A stretch of DNA of 38,352 nucleotides, from assembly GCA_947168035.1 (NCBI GenBank), contig CAMVKF010000003.1, positions 1 through 38,352 of the forward strand, given 5' to 3'. The DNA is from an uncultured Clostridia bacterium. GTDB lineage: Bacteria > Bacillota > Clostridia > TANB77 > CAG-508. Below are positions 17,446-29,235 of the stretch, one piece after another; position 1 is the stretch's first letter, and the number at the start of each line of letters is the position of its first letter. The position numbers and the translations under genes are program-made. Below the pieces are notes generated by a model that ran no database searches, was not told the DNA's origin, and was given only the letters and a program-made list of their open reading frames with translations.

Positions 17446-20400
17446 TTGAAAAACGTGAAGAAAAAATTAATTCTAATAGTATTAATGACATTTTTAATTA
17501 TTTGTATTGGAAAAAATGTAAGTATGGCATTTACAGCAGCACAGAATCAATTTTTTAATAAAGGATATACCGCAATAGGTACTAAAATTGATATTGGAGG
17601 TCTTCGTAATTCAAACAAAACATTTGATGTATATAGGGAAGGAATATATTGTATTCATCACAAGGAAGGTTTTCAACAGGGGGATTTTGAGGTCGATGAA
17701 TATATAGAATTAAAAGGAAGCAAGGCTTTTAGATATGACAGAAATGGAAATACAAGAGTCTGGGATAATTGGAGTAAAAATGGAGTTTTAGAATATCTAT
17801 TACACAAAGAAAATTATAAAAAATCTTTGTCTATGTGGAATGGAGAAAGTGGACTTTCAGTAGGAGATCAAAATGAAGTTAATAGGTATCCAAGTGGAAC
17901 AGAAGGAATTGTTACAATAAGAAATGCTGCATTACGTGTTGCTTTACTTGATTGGATGGGAGAAAAAGATAGAGGTCATGGTGCAATAAGAGACTTAGGT
18001 GTTAATGCAGATTATAGGTATCAATATTCGACAGATCATTGGGCTCAACAGAAAAAAGATGAAGTTAACGGATTTATTCAAAGAGCTAATAACTATGTTA
18101 CAAGTAATACTGCACCAGATTTAGCTATTTCTGTACCATCAGCATTTAGTACAGTGACATGTTCAACAGACAATGTAATTGGACCTATAAAAATCGCATT
18201 TACGGAAGGAAAATTAAATATATCAGCATATGGAATAAATTCTGAAAATATTACAAATATAGAGTATTATTCAGATAGTAAATGCGAAAATAAAATAAGT
18301 AATGTAAATAATATTACTTCTAATACGAGTTTTTATATAAAAAATAAATCACAAAGTATAATAAAGGAAATTAAAGCTAAAGTTGTAGATACAAATCAAA
18401 CGCAGATTAATGTACAAATGTGGTTTGCAAAGCCACAAGGATATTTTAGTTCAAACTTTGGTCAAGCAGTTGCCATAGTTAAGACAAGCGAAACAAATGC
18501 AAGTAGTGAAGAAACTACAATACAAGTTAGCTATGGGTCAATTACAATAAATAAAAAAGATGGCTCAACAAACCTAAAAGATGTAGAATTTAAAGTTTAT
18601 TTAGGAAAAAATAAATTTTTAGGAAAAAATGGGAATCTTTGGAAATATGATGCAACAAAAGATACTGCTACAGTATTTAAAACAAATAATAATGGTGAAG
18701 TAAAAATAGAAAATCTTTGTTTTAAAAAGTATTATATATTTGAGACAAAAGTGGCTGACGGATATAATTTAAGTCTGCAAGATGGATATAAAACTAGATA
18801 TAGTTATACGGATAATAATGGGAATACACAATATGTTAATTTAAATTATGTGTATGATAAAGATAAGCATGTAGCAGATTTAAGTGGAAACAAACAAGAT
18901 GTGACTATTAATTTTACAAATACAAAATATGGAAAAATTACTATAAATAAAAAAGATGGTTCAACAAACCTAAAAAATGTAGAATTTAAAGTTTACTTAG
19001 GAAAAAATAAATTTTTGGGAAAAGACGGAAATAATTGGAAATATGATGCAACAAAAGATACTGCTACAGTATTTAAAACGGATAATAATGGTGAGGTGAT
19101 TATAGAAAGACTTAGTTTAGACAAAACTTATTATATATTTGAAACAAAAACAGCTGAAGGATATAATTTAAGTTTGCAAGATGGATATAAAACTAGATAT
19201 AGTTATACGGATAATAATGGGAATACACAATATGTTAATTTAAATTATGTGTATGATAAAGATAAGCATGTAGCAGATTTAAGTGGAAACAAACAAGATG
19301 TGACTATTAATTTTACAAATACAAAATATGGAAAAATTACTATAAATAAAAAAGATGGTTCAACAAACCTAAAAAATGTAGAATTTAAAGTTTACTTAGG
19401 AAAAAATAAATTTTTGGGAAAAGACGGAAATAATTGGAAATATGATGCAACAAAAGATACTGCTACAGTATTTAAAACGGATAATAATGGTGAGGTGATT
19501 ATAGAAAGACTTAGTTTAGACAAAACTTATTATATATTTGAAACAAAAACAGCTGAAGGATATAATTTAAGTTTGCAAGATGGATATAAAACTAGATATA
19601 GTTATACGGATAATAATGGGAATACACAATATGTTAATTTAAATTATGTGTATGATAAAGATAAGCATGTAGCAGATTTAAGTGGAAACCAACAAGATGT
19701 GACTATTAATTTTACAAATACAAAATATGGTTCATTAACAATTTATAAAAAAGATACATATTCTAATGATAAATTAAGTGGAGCAGAAATAAAACTTTAT
19801 AATACAACATATAAAAAATGGTTAACTGGAAGTGAGGGTTCGTATAGTTTAGGAGAAACAGCTAGTAAATATTCAATTACTAATGGTGAGAAAACATTTA
19901 GTAATATTCCAATAGGCACATATACAATATATGAGGTTACAACACCAACAGGGTATGATTTAATTCAACAGGTTGGATATCAGACATCAGGTAATATGTC
20001 AGGAAGTGTTAAATGCCTAGAAGATATAGAGGTAGAAACAGGAACAACAGTAACAAAAACAATATATAACAAAAAGTTTCGGAAGTCTAACAATTATAAA
20101 ACAAGATTTATATTCTAATGCAAAATTAGGTGGAGCAAAGTTCAAGCTTAAAAATACAACATATAATAAATGGTTGACAGGGTCTGGAACAAGTTCAAGC
20201 CCGTATGGACTAGGAGACACAGGAACAGAATATGCAACAGCTTCTAGTGGAGATAATAAAGGAAAAAGAATATTTACAAAAATACCAGCAGGAGATTATA
20301 CAATATATGAAACTGATGCTCCAACAGGGTACGATTTAGAAAGTCAATCACCAACTAGTTTTAGTGTAACTGTATCAAATGGTGGTAGTATAGAACAATT

Positions 20401-23400
20401 AATAACTAATAAACTTCGGAGATCTAACAATACAAAAAGTGGATGCAGATAATAATTCTACAAAATTAGCGAATGCAGAGTTTATATTGCAAAAATCAAA
20501 TAACAAATATTTGACAGGACAAAATGGAATATATAGTGAAACAACAGATAAAAACCAAGCTACAAAATATAAAACAGATACTGGTGGAAAAATCACATTA
20601 GTTGGTATACCAAATGATACATATAAAATTTATGAGGTAACTACTCCAAGTTCAGATTATAATTTATCTTGGCAAGATGGATATGATGTAACAAACAATT
20701 GGAAACTATGCGAAAGTGTTACAATTGCAGAGGGTGTAAGCCAATCAAGGACATATACAAACAAAAAATATGGAGCAATTAAAATTAATAAAACAGTTAA
20801 AAAATCTGACACAAGGCAAGACCAATTAAATGGAGCTAAATTTAGAGTTCATCTTGGAGAAAACAAATTTTTAGGAATGGATAGCAATGGAAATTGGAAA
20901 TATGATGCTACTTGGGATTCTGCTACAATATTTGAAACCGGAAGCAGAAATACAGTTACCTCAGGAACTACAACTACTAATAATAAATGGGTTAGTGCAG
21001 GTGAGGGTTATGTTACTATAAATAGATTAGACCTTAATAAAAGTTATTCTATTCTTGAGGTAGAAACACCAAGAGGATATAATATTGAAAAACAAGATGA
21101 TTTTAAAAAAAATTACTCATATAGCCAAAATGGTAGAAACTATACGGCAAACAAAAATAATGTACATAACTGGAATACAAATACAAATACTAGCTCGCAC
21201 CAAGTTAGATTAACTACTCCAAACACTCCTCAACAGATAGATTTTGTAAATAAAAGAATAGTAACAATAGAAGGTTTTGTATGGCAAGATGGACTAATTC
21301 ATAACAAAGTTACAAGCAATGTAGATAATATATATACAGCTAGTCAAAATGATGCTTTACTTTCAGGAATAAGAGTACATTTAAAAAATATAAATACTAA
21401 GAATGATATTCCTGGTATTGGTCCTGTTACAACAGATACTAATGGTCATTATGAATTTAAAGATGTGGATTATTACTTAAAAGATTTAGAAAATGCATAT
21501 ATTGAGTTTGAATATGATAATACACAATATGTACCTGTAGAATATAATGTCGGAAACGATATAACAAAAAACTCAAAAGCTAAACCATTAACTATTCAAG
21601 AAGCTGAATTAGATGATAATCAATTAACAGGAGTGGAAGGAAATCACCCAGGTAGAGCGGTAACAGAAATTGGAAGTATGAAACTTGTATCATATTTAAA
21701 TGATGATACTTATAAAATTTCAAACATAAATTTTGGACTTATACCAAAAAAGCAACCAGAATATATAGTTTCTGAAAATTTAGAATATGTTAAGTTAAAA
21801 ATAAATGATTATACTTATACATATAAATATGGAAATGAAATAACAAATTCTCCATATGCACCTACTGTAAATACCCAAGATGATTCAAAGACATTTTCTA
21901 GCAAAATATACCCATCAGATATAATATATAGTGGTACTCATGTATCAGATAGTAAAAAATTAAAAGTATATGTGGTTTATAGTATAAATGTAGAAAATAC
22001 AGAAACAGAAAATACTAAATTTAATTATTCAGAAGGAAAACTATATTTAACTTCATTAACAAATACGTTTGATGCTGAAAGATACAGTTTGTGCAATAAC
22101 GAAAATAATGGAGAAAAAGAAGACTTTGCTCTTTGGAGTATGGATGGAAATAAAGCAAAATATAATTTAGAAGATGCAAGAAGTGTTTTCAAAGATGGCA
22201 TAGAATCTGGATCAAACAACTCTAAAACTACATATATTCAGTTTAAAATGACGGAAAAAGCAATGCGAAAAATTTTAGATAAACAATTAAGAGAAGAAGA
22301 TATTCAAGAAGCTCCAAATGTAACAACAGCAACAGCTTACCATGAATATATAAGAACAGATAGAATGTGGACACACAATACAAATAAAACTACAAAAGGT
22401 GGCAAAAAATATAGAACATTTAATGGGGTAAAAGGTACATATGAGAATTTTATAGATAACAATATTAAAGAGACATGCTATGTACATAAATCTAGAACTA
22501 AAAACAAATCAACCTCAAGTATATACATAAGGTTTGACCTAGGAACTCCAAGAACAATTTCAGGAATAGTATTTGAAGATACTTTAACTGAAAAGAGTAA
22601 AAAGCAAGATGGAACAGATGAGAGTGATAAACCAAATTTAGGAGATGGTATATTATCAGAAAATGAAAATAACAGAGCAAGAGGTGTTATGGTTGAATTA
22701 ATTTACACTAATCCGCAAAAAACAGTGGCTACTTTGTTCCAATTAAATAAAACAACAAATGCAGTAACTCAAAAACAAGCTATAACAACAACAGATGAAA
22801 ATGGTAAATATTCATTTGAAGGAGTTGTTCCTGGTTACTATTATATAAGGTTTACATATGGTGATGGAACACAAAAAATAATGCCAGCAGATGAGGCAAT
22901 TTCTGCAACTGAATATAGGTCAACTATAATTAATACTATAAATAATAACAATATAATCAAAAACGCAATGGAAGCAAAAACGGAAAACATAGCACAAGCT
23001 CAACAAACACTTGTAAATGATTATTCGAATGTAGAAGCTAAAGAACTTTTAGAATGGTATAAATACCTTGGAGATGTAGAATATTCAACGGCATTAGACA
23101 GTTTAGATGATAGAAATAAGTTTAATAATTTACAAATTACATCTATGGGTAAAATTTTTAATAGTGAAGGAGTAGATGTAACAGATAGCATAAATAAAAC
23201 TAATGTTAATGCATTAACACCAATGGTAGGAATATCTATAGAAAATGATATTGGTGACGAAACGGTTGGAGCAGAAAATAAACACGAATTTGGAAAATTT
23301 AACTTTGGAATAATAAGCCCTAACTTAACAGTAACTAGCGCAGAAAAGAAAATTACAAATGTTAAATTAATAGGACAAGTAGGAAATACATTTGTTTCGG

Positions 23401-24143
23401 CAAATCCAACAGACAAAACTCAAAGTTATTTATCTGCATTAGATGAAATACAAGGTGGAAGCTCTTATGCAAAAATAGAAATTGACCCAGAAAATATTTA
23501 TGGTTCTAACTTAGAAACAACTTATGAAGTAACAGTTAAAAATGATTCATTAAAAGATTATATAGAAAACGTAGAAGAAAGTAACAGCGAATATGGAACT
23601 TACTTTAAATATGGAATTATTACAGATAAGGCTCAGCTAAAAAAAGTTCAAATAAATGAAGTAATGGATAACCTAGACCAAAAATATAATATTAAATCTT
23701 TGCCAAAAGAAGACCTTACTCAAATTGTTACAAAACTAGAGAGTACAATTGAATCTGAGTCTAAAATTAAAATGGAGCCAGATAATGAAACCTCTACAAT
23801 AGAATATGAAGACGGAACAAAAAGAACAGTAACAAAAGTTAAATTAAGTGGATGGAATGTTTTAGAAAGAAACGAAACTGCAACTATAAGATATACTGTA
23901 ACATCACTACTATCTTCAGAAAATGATGATACAAAATATGATAATGGAGCAGAAATAACCCAAATATCTTTGGAAAAACTAACAACACTAAAAAGCGACT
24001 TAGGAGGAGAAAAATTAGCAACTCTTACAATTACACCAACAACAGGTAAAAACAAATCCTATATTAGACCAATTTGTGTATGCGTAGCATTACTTGGATT
24101 AGGAATAGTAGTGATTTTATTAAAAGTCAAAAGGAATAAATAA
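17446..24143 (+). CDS. Giant adhesin B1 (~2231 aa): putative thioester domain, SpaA/CnaB-type repeats, SdrD-B-like domains, anchor; reconstructed across two +1 frameshifts (CGG 20080-20082 and 20417-20419)
   Basis: ORFs 17446-20118, 20174-20452 and 20439-24143 join into one protein collinear with uninterrupted paralog 29236-34533. The joins restore the repeat start motif N.K.G.LTI.K.D (NKKF-GSLTIIKQD; NKL-GDLTIQKVD). Ends ITPTTG + TM + KVKRNK. Confidence 0.82.
18532..19730 (+). repeat. 3 tandem copies of a 396-399 bp domain repeat (SpaA/CnaB-like)
   Basis: Units begin at 18532, 18928, 19327 (next at 19726); copies 2 and 3 appear to differ only at A/C 19690 (K/Q). Confidence 0.93.
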
Positions 24144-24187
24144 ATTTTGAAATTACATAAAAAGTTACAAAAAATCCCAAAAAACTA

Positions 24188-24216
24188 TTGCAAAAAGTCC
24201 AAAAAAGCTTTATAAT
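24188..24216 (+). promoter_or_regulatory. SigA promoter for the second cassette
   Basis: TTGCAA-17 nt-TATAAT. Confidence 0.65.
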
Positions 24217-24297
24217 AAAGGGTGTATGTAATTTTAATATTTTATAAAAATATTGTTAATAAATTATGCAAAATAATATAAAAAAGGAGGATTTTGT

Positions 24298-27200
24298 ATG
24301 AACATTACAAGAAAAATACTAGTTAAAGTTTGTGCAATTATTGCAATTATAGCATTAACTCTATCAGATTTTCTGTTTATTGGAACAGAACTTGTATATG
24401 CAATAAATATTGCAAAAACAAACAGTTCTAGTGTTGAATTTTCTGCTTATTTCCTAGATCAAAACGGAGAAAAAGTGGAAAAACTCGAGAAAAACATAGA
24501 TATGGAACAAGAATTTTTATATGTAGACATATCTGTAAAAAACGAAGGATATTTAAGTGATGGTAGAATAATGCTAGAGGGTAATAACTTTAATCTAAAA
24601 CAAGATATCTTAAGTCAAGACATTGCAAGCATTTCTGGAAATGAAGTTGTTTTAAACCAAATTAATGCTGGAAGTACTGTTACTATTAAAATAGGAATTG
24701 AACCTATAAATAATACTACAATTACAGAAAATATGTTAGACCAAAAAACAAAGGTAGAATTAATAGGTCAATATGTAAATAGCAAAAATGTTGAAAAAGA
24801 CAAATATATTCAAATTAAAGGCTCAACAGAAGTAGAGCTTGCTTGGAAATCTAGTGATAAAACCAAAGCAGAGCTTGAAACAAGTATTTTAACAAATTCT
24901 ATTTACAGTGTAGAAGAAGAACAAAAAAGAATAGTACAAATTTTAGTTAATAGTAAAATCACAAATAATAATTACCCAGTAAAAAGTTCTGAAATTAGCG
25001 TAGTAGTTCCAGAAAATGCAACAGATGTCAAAGTTCATGCAAGAAGCACAAATTCTACAAATAGTAGTATAGAGTTTAGTGAAAATAATTATGAATACAA
25101 CAAAGGTACAAACACTGTAAAAGTAGCATTAGAAAATGAAGATAAAAACTCTATAAGCTGGAATAGAAATTCTATAGATTCATTTGTTATAACATGTGTA
25201 TTTGATAAACAAGAAAATGTTATGAATAAAAATATAACTGTAGATTCTAAAATAAATACATATGATAATAGGACTTTAAATGCTAGTACAAATGCTAGTA
25301 TTTCAGAAGAAAAAGATGGAATAGTTTCATATTCTTTAGAAACTGCAGAAAGCATTTATAAAGGAAAAATTCAAATTGGTGAAGAAAGAGATTATGAAGA
25401 AAATACTAAAATTAATGTAGATTATTTAAGGTTAGTAGATGAGATTTCTCTTAAATTAAATGCTCCAACATTTTTAGCAGAAAATAATGAATTACAAGCA
25501 AATATTACATATAAAGAAACTAAAATTTCTAGAGATGAATTCTTAAAAATATTTGGAGAAGATGGATTTATAATTGTAAAAGATGATAATGGTAACGTAA
25601 TTGCTAACATCAACAAAAACACGGAAAAAGATGATAGTGGAAATTTCATTATAAACTATTTTGATGGTACAAAAAGTATAGAATTTTTAACAAGCAAACC
25701 AGTTGCGGTAGGTACTTTAAACATAGTAACTAATAAAACTATATCTAATACTGAATATTCAAGAGAACAAGTAAGAATTTTTACAGGAATAAAAGAAAAA
25801 ATAGAAGGAAGCTATAACCAAAAAGAAAGTGTAAAAACTGAATCTATAATTGAATTGAAAAATACAGAAACTAAGGCAGACTTGAATATTAGTGTTGATA
25901 AACTTTCAGCAGTAAGTAAAAATGAAAATGTAAAGATAACAGCTGTATTGTTAAATAATGATGAAACAAAAGAATTGTTCCAAAATCCAAGTTTAGAAAT
26001 AAAATTTCCAAATCAAGTAACAAACATTGCTGCTAAATGTAAACTTTTATATGGAAATGGATTAGAATTAGCAGATGCTAAAATTGAAAATGGAAATACA
26101 ATAAAAGTAAATATGAAAGGAACACAAACTTCATATAATACTGAAACTTTAGAAGGAACAACTTTAATTATATATGCAAATATAGATGTTAATAAATTAT
26201 CAACAAATAGTGATGAACAAATTACTTTAAATTATACAAACGAAATATCTAAAACAAATAATAAACCTATAACAAAACCAATACAAATCGTTACAAATGC
26301 TGGGGTAATACTTACAAATAATATTCCAGAATTAAAACAATCATCTATAGGAAATGAAGGAGTAAAAGATGTTGTAATAGAAAACATTGGTGGAGAAAAA
26401 AATGTTTCTGTAAATATTGAAGCAATCAATAATGAAGGAACAGCTATTAAAGATGTTACAATACTTGGAAAATTCCCAACAGCATCAACTGCAAATATGG
26501 GAGTAAAATTAGCAAGTGGGGTAAATATTGCATCTAGCACACAAAATGTTAAAATTTACTATAGTAATAATGAAAATGCAAATGCTAATTTAAATGATAG
26601 TTCTAATGGATGGACTTTAGATGGAGATATTTCAACTGCTAAAACATATTTAATAGTAATTGAAAAATTAAATGTAAGTGAAATATTTAATGCAAATTAT
26701 ACATTAAATATACCTGCAAACTTAGGATATAATAAAGAAGCAAGTTTAAGTTATGTTTTAGATTATACAAATGACTTAACAGGAGAAAATAAAACTGTAA
26801 AAGCAACAGAGTTTAACTTAACAACAGGCACAGAGGCAGAAATAAAACCTACATTAAAAGCTTATGTTGGTGGAGAAGAAATAGCTGAAAATAGTGAAGT
26901 AAAAGCTGGAGAAATAATCAAATACAATTTAAGCTTAAAAAATGAAGGAAGAATTTCAGCTGAAAATGCTACATTAGAAGTTACAATTCCTGATAATACA
27001 ACATTATTAGAAGTAAATCCTAAATATCCAGGGTATGATGAAGTTATTGAAGAATATACATATGAAGAATCATATTTTGTAGAAAAACAAGATAAGAAGA
27101 TAACAAAAGAAAATATAAATATAGCATCAGGAGAAAGTATTAACTTATCTTATATGGTAAGAGTAAATAGCGATTTAGCTCAAAGTGTAACTGCAAAAAC

Positions 27201-29217
27201 AACAGCTAATGTAAAATACAAAGAAGTAGAGAATAAATCAGAATTTTTAAATACAATTATTCCAAATGATTTAACAGCTACAATGGAACCATATGATAGA
27301 AAGTCAAATCAAGTTTTAGAGCCAAATTTTGCATATAGTTATTTATTAGAAATAAAAAATCTAAAAAATATTGCACAAAATAATGTAGAAGTCACATTAA
27401 ACAAAAATGAATTAATTGATATTAGATCTATTACTTGTTACATTAAAAGTAATTCGAAAGAAGTAGATAAAGAAAAGCAAACATTTACTATAGATTCAAT
27501 ACCAGCAAACGAATCTGCATACATTAAGGTAATGGCTTTTATTAAACCAAATGTAGAAAATGTTACAAATGCACAAATTTCAGCTTTAATAAAGAATAAT
27601 GGAAGTACATTTAGAACAAATCTACTATCTGAAAAAGTTATAGGAGTTGAATTTAATGCAACACAAAAAGTAGCTACAAGTTCAAACCAAGATGAGCTTA
27701 ACCCAGGAGATAGTATTAAATATGAAGTACAAATGCAAAATGTTGGAAAAATAGATGCAGAAGACTTAAAAATTCAAGATACCTATTCAAATTATTTAAA
27801 TATTAAATCTATCAAAATTGATGGAGTAGAAACAGAATTTTCAGAAGTACCTGTAACAGAAGAAAAAAATATGATAGATATTTCACTTGAAAAAGTATGT
27901 AAATCTGGAGAAGGTATTAATGTGGAGATTATAGGTACTATAAGTGAAGAATTAAATTTAAGTGCTTCAACTGAAATAGTAAACCAATTAGAATTATACA
28001 ATGATGGTAGTCTTGTAGGACAAACAGATATTGCAAAAAACAATTTGGTAAATAAAGCACTAGAAAATGAAGAAGTAGTTGAAAATCAAGAAGATGTTGA
28101 AAAAGACAGTATAGATGGAGAAAACGAGAACGGACAAAATGGACAAAACGAGGAAAATCTATCTAGTAAAGAAGATAAAAATGAAACAGAGTCAAAAGAA
28201 AATGCAGTTGAAGAACAAGGAAGCAAAATTTCAGGAATAGCTTGGTATGATAAAAACGAAAATGGAACAAGAGACGCTCAAGAAGAAAGTTTACAAGGTG
28301 TTAAAGCAACATTAATTAATTTAAAAGATAATACATCTAAAACTATAGATACAGGTGCAGACGGAAAATATTTATTTACAAATGTTGCAGATGGAGAATA
28401 TATTGTGGTATTTGATTATGATACACAAAAATATATGTTAACTGCATATCAAGTAGATAGTGCAACCAGTACAACAAATTCAGATGTAGAAAATGTAAAA
28501 TTAAAAATTAATGGAGAAATAGTAACAAAAGCTTGTACTAATACACTTAAAGTAAGCGGAACAAATATAGAAAATATTGATATTGGTTTAATAGATGCAA
28601 AAGTATTTGATTTATCTTTAAGCAAAACAATTTCAAAAGTTACAATATCAAATACTGAAGGAACTCAAAGTTTAAATTACAATGATGCAACTTTAGCAAA
28701 AGCAGAAATTAGAGCTAAACACTTAAGTGGTTCAACTGCAGTTATAGAATACAAAATAAAAGTTACAAATAATGGAGAAATTGCAGGTTATGCAAAATCT
28801 ATTGTAGATTATAAGCCAACAGATTTAAACTTTAATTCTAGTTTAAATAAAGATTGGTATCAATCTGGAAATAACCTATATTCAACAACCTTTGCAAATA
28901 CACTAATAAACCCAGGAGAAACAAAAGAATTAACATTAATTTTAACTAAAACTATGACAGAATCTAACACTGGTTTAACAAACAATATTGCAGAAATTGC
29001 AGAAGTTTATAACACATTAGGTGTTGCAAATAAAAATGGAACACCAGGAAATAAAGATACTAAAGAGAGTGATACAGGCTCAGCAAATGTAATTATAAGT
29101 GTAAGCACAGGTACAGCAGTAAGCTATCTTGTTATAACTTTATCAATAATTACATTTATAGCAACAGTTAGCTATTTTGCAAGTAAAAAAATATTAAGAG
29201 AAAATATAAAATTTTAG
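24298..29217 (+). CDS. Giant surface protein A2 (DUF11-like repeats, SdrD-B-like domain, anchor), 1639 aa; paralog of A1
   Basis: RBS AAGGAGG; shared blocks with A1 (KNEGY, SKITNNNYP, EF.KIFGEDGFI, EVNPKYPG, IAGYA..IVDYKPTDL.FNS, NTGLTNNIAEIAE); IISVSTG + TM + KKILRENIKF. Confidence 0.88.
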   Translation: MNITRKILVKVCAIIAIIALTLSDFLFIGTELVYAINIAKTNSSSVEFSAYFLDQNGEKVEKLEKNIDMEQEFLYVDISVKNEGYLSDGRIMLEGNNFNLKQDILSQDIASISGNEVVLNQINAGSTVTIKIGIEPINNTTITENMLDQKTKVELIGQYVNSKNVEKDKYIQIKGSTEVELAWKSSDKTKAELETSILTNSIYSVEEEQKRIVQILVNSKITNNNYPVKSSEISVVVPENATDVKVHARSTNSTNSSIEFSENNYEYNKGTNTVKVALENEDKNSISWNRNSIDSFVITCVFDKQENVMNKNITVDSKINTYDNRTLNASTNASISEEKDGIVSYSLETAESIYKGKIQIGEERDYEENTKINVDYLRLVDEISLKLNAPTFLAENNELQANITYKETKISRDEFLKIFGEDGFIIVKDDNGNVIANINKNTEKDDSGNFIINYFDGTKSIEFLTSKPVAVGTLNIVTNKTISNTEYSREQVRIFTGIKEKIEGSYNQKESVKTESIIELKNTETKADLNISVDKLSAVSKNENVKITAVLLNNDETKELFQNPSLEIKFPNQVTNIAAKCKLLYGNGLELADAKIENGNTIKVNMKGTQTSYNTETLEGTTLIIYANIDVNKLSTNSDEQITLNYTNEISKTNNKPITKPIQIVTNAGVILTNNIPELKQSSIGNEGVKDVVIENIGGEKNVSVNIEAINNEGTAIKDVTILGKFPTASTANMGVKLASGVNIASSTQNVKIYYSNNENANANLNDSSNGWTLDGDISTAKTYLIVIEKLNVSEIFNANYTLNIPANLGYNKEASLSYVLDYTNDLTGENKTVKATEFNLTTGTEAEIKPTLKAYVGGEEIAENSEVKAGEIIKYNLSLKNEGRISAENATLEVTIPDNTTLLEVNPKYPGYDEVIEEYTYEESYFVEKQDKKITKENINIASGESINLSYMVRVNSDLAQSVTAKTTANVKYKEVENKSEFLNTIIPNDLTATMEPYDRKSNQVLEPNFAYSYLLEIKNLKNIAQNNVEVTLNKNELIDIRSITCYIKSNSKEVDKEKQTFTIDSIPANESAYIKVMAFIKPNVENVTNAQISALIKNNGSTFRTNLLSEKVIGVEFNATQKVATSSNQDELNPGDSIKYEVQMQNVGKIDAEDLKIQDTYSNYLNIKSIKIDGVETEFSEVPVTEEKNMIDISLEKVCKSGEGINVEIIGTISEELNLSASTEIVNQLELYNDGSLVGQTDIAKNNLVNKALENEEVVENQEDVEKDSIDGENENGQNGQNEENLSSKEDKNETESKENAVEEQGSKISGIAWYDKNENGTRDAQEESLQGVKATLINLKDNTSKTIDTGADGKYLFTNVADGEYIVVFDYDTQKYMLTAYQVDSATSTTNSDVENVKLKINGEIVTKACTNTLKVSGTNIENIDIGLIDAKVFDLSLSKTISKVTISNTEGTQSLNYNDATLAKAEIRAKHLSGSTAVIEYKIKVTNNGEIAGYAKSIVDYKPTDLNFNSSLNKDWYQSGNNLYSTTFANTLINPGETKELTLILTKTMTESNTGLTNNIAEIAEVYNTLGVANKNGTPGNKDTKESDTGSANVIISVSTGTAVSYLVITLSIITFIATVSYFASKKILRENIKF

Positions 29218-29235
29218 GGGAAAGGAGGAGAAAGA

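Noticed and set aside
16071-19730. Possible CRISPR array or DGR template/variable repeat pair
   Set aside because: Repeats are contiguous and in-frame with no unique spacers; no cas or reverse transcriptase gene; only one difference seen between the two near-identical 399-bp copies.
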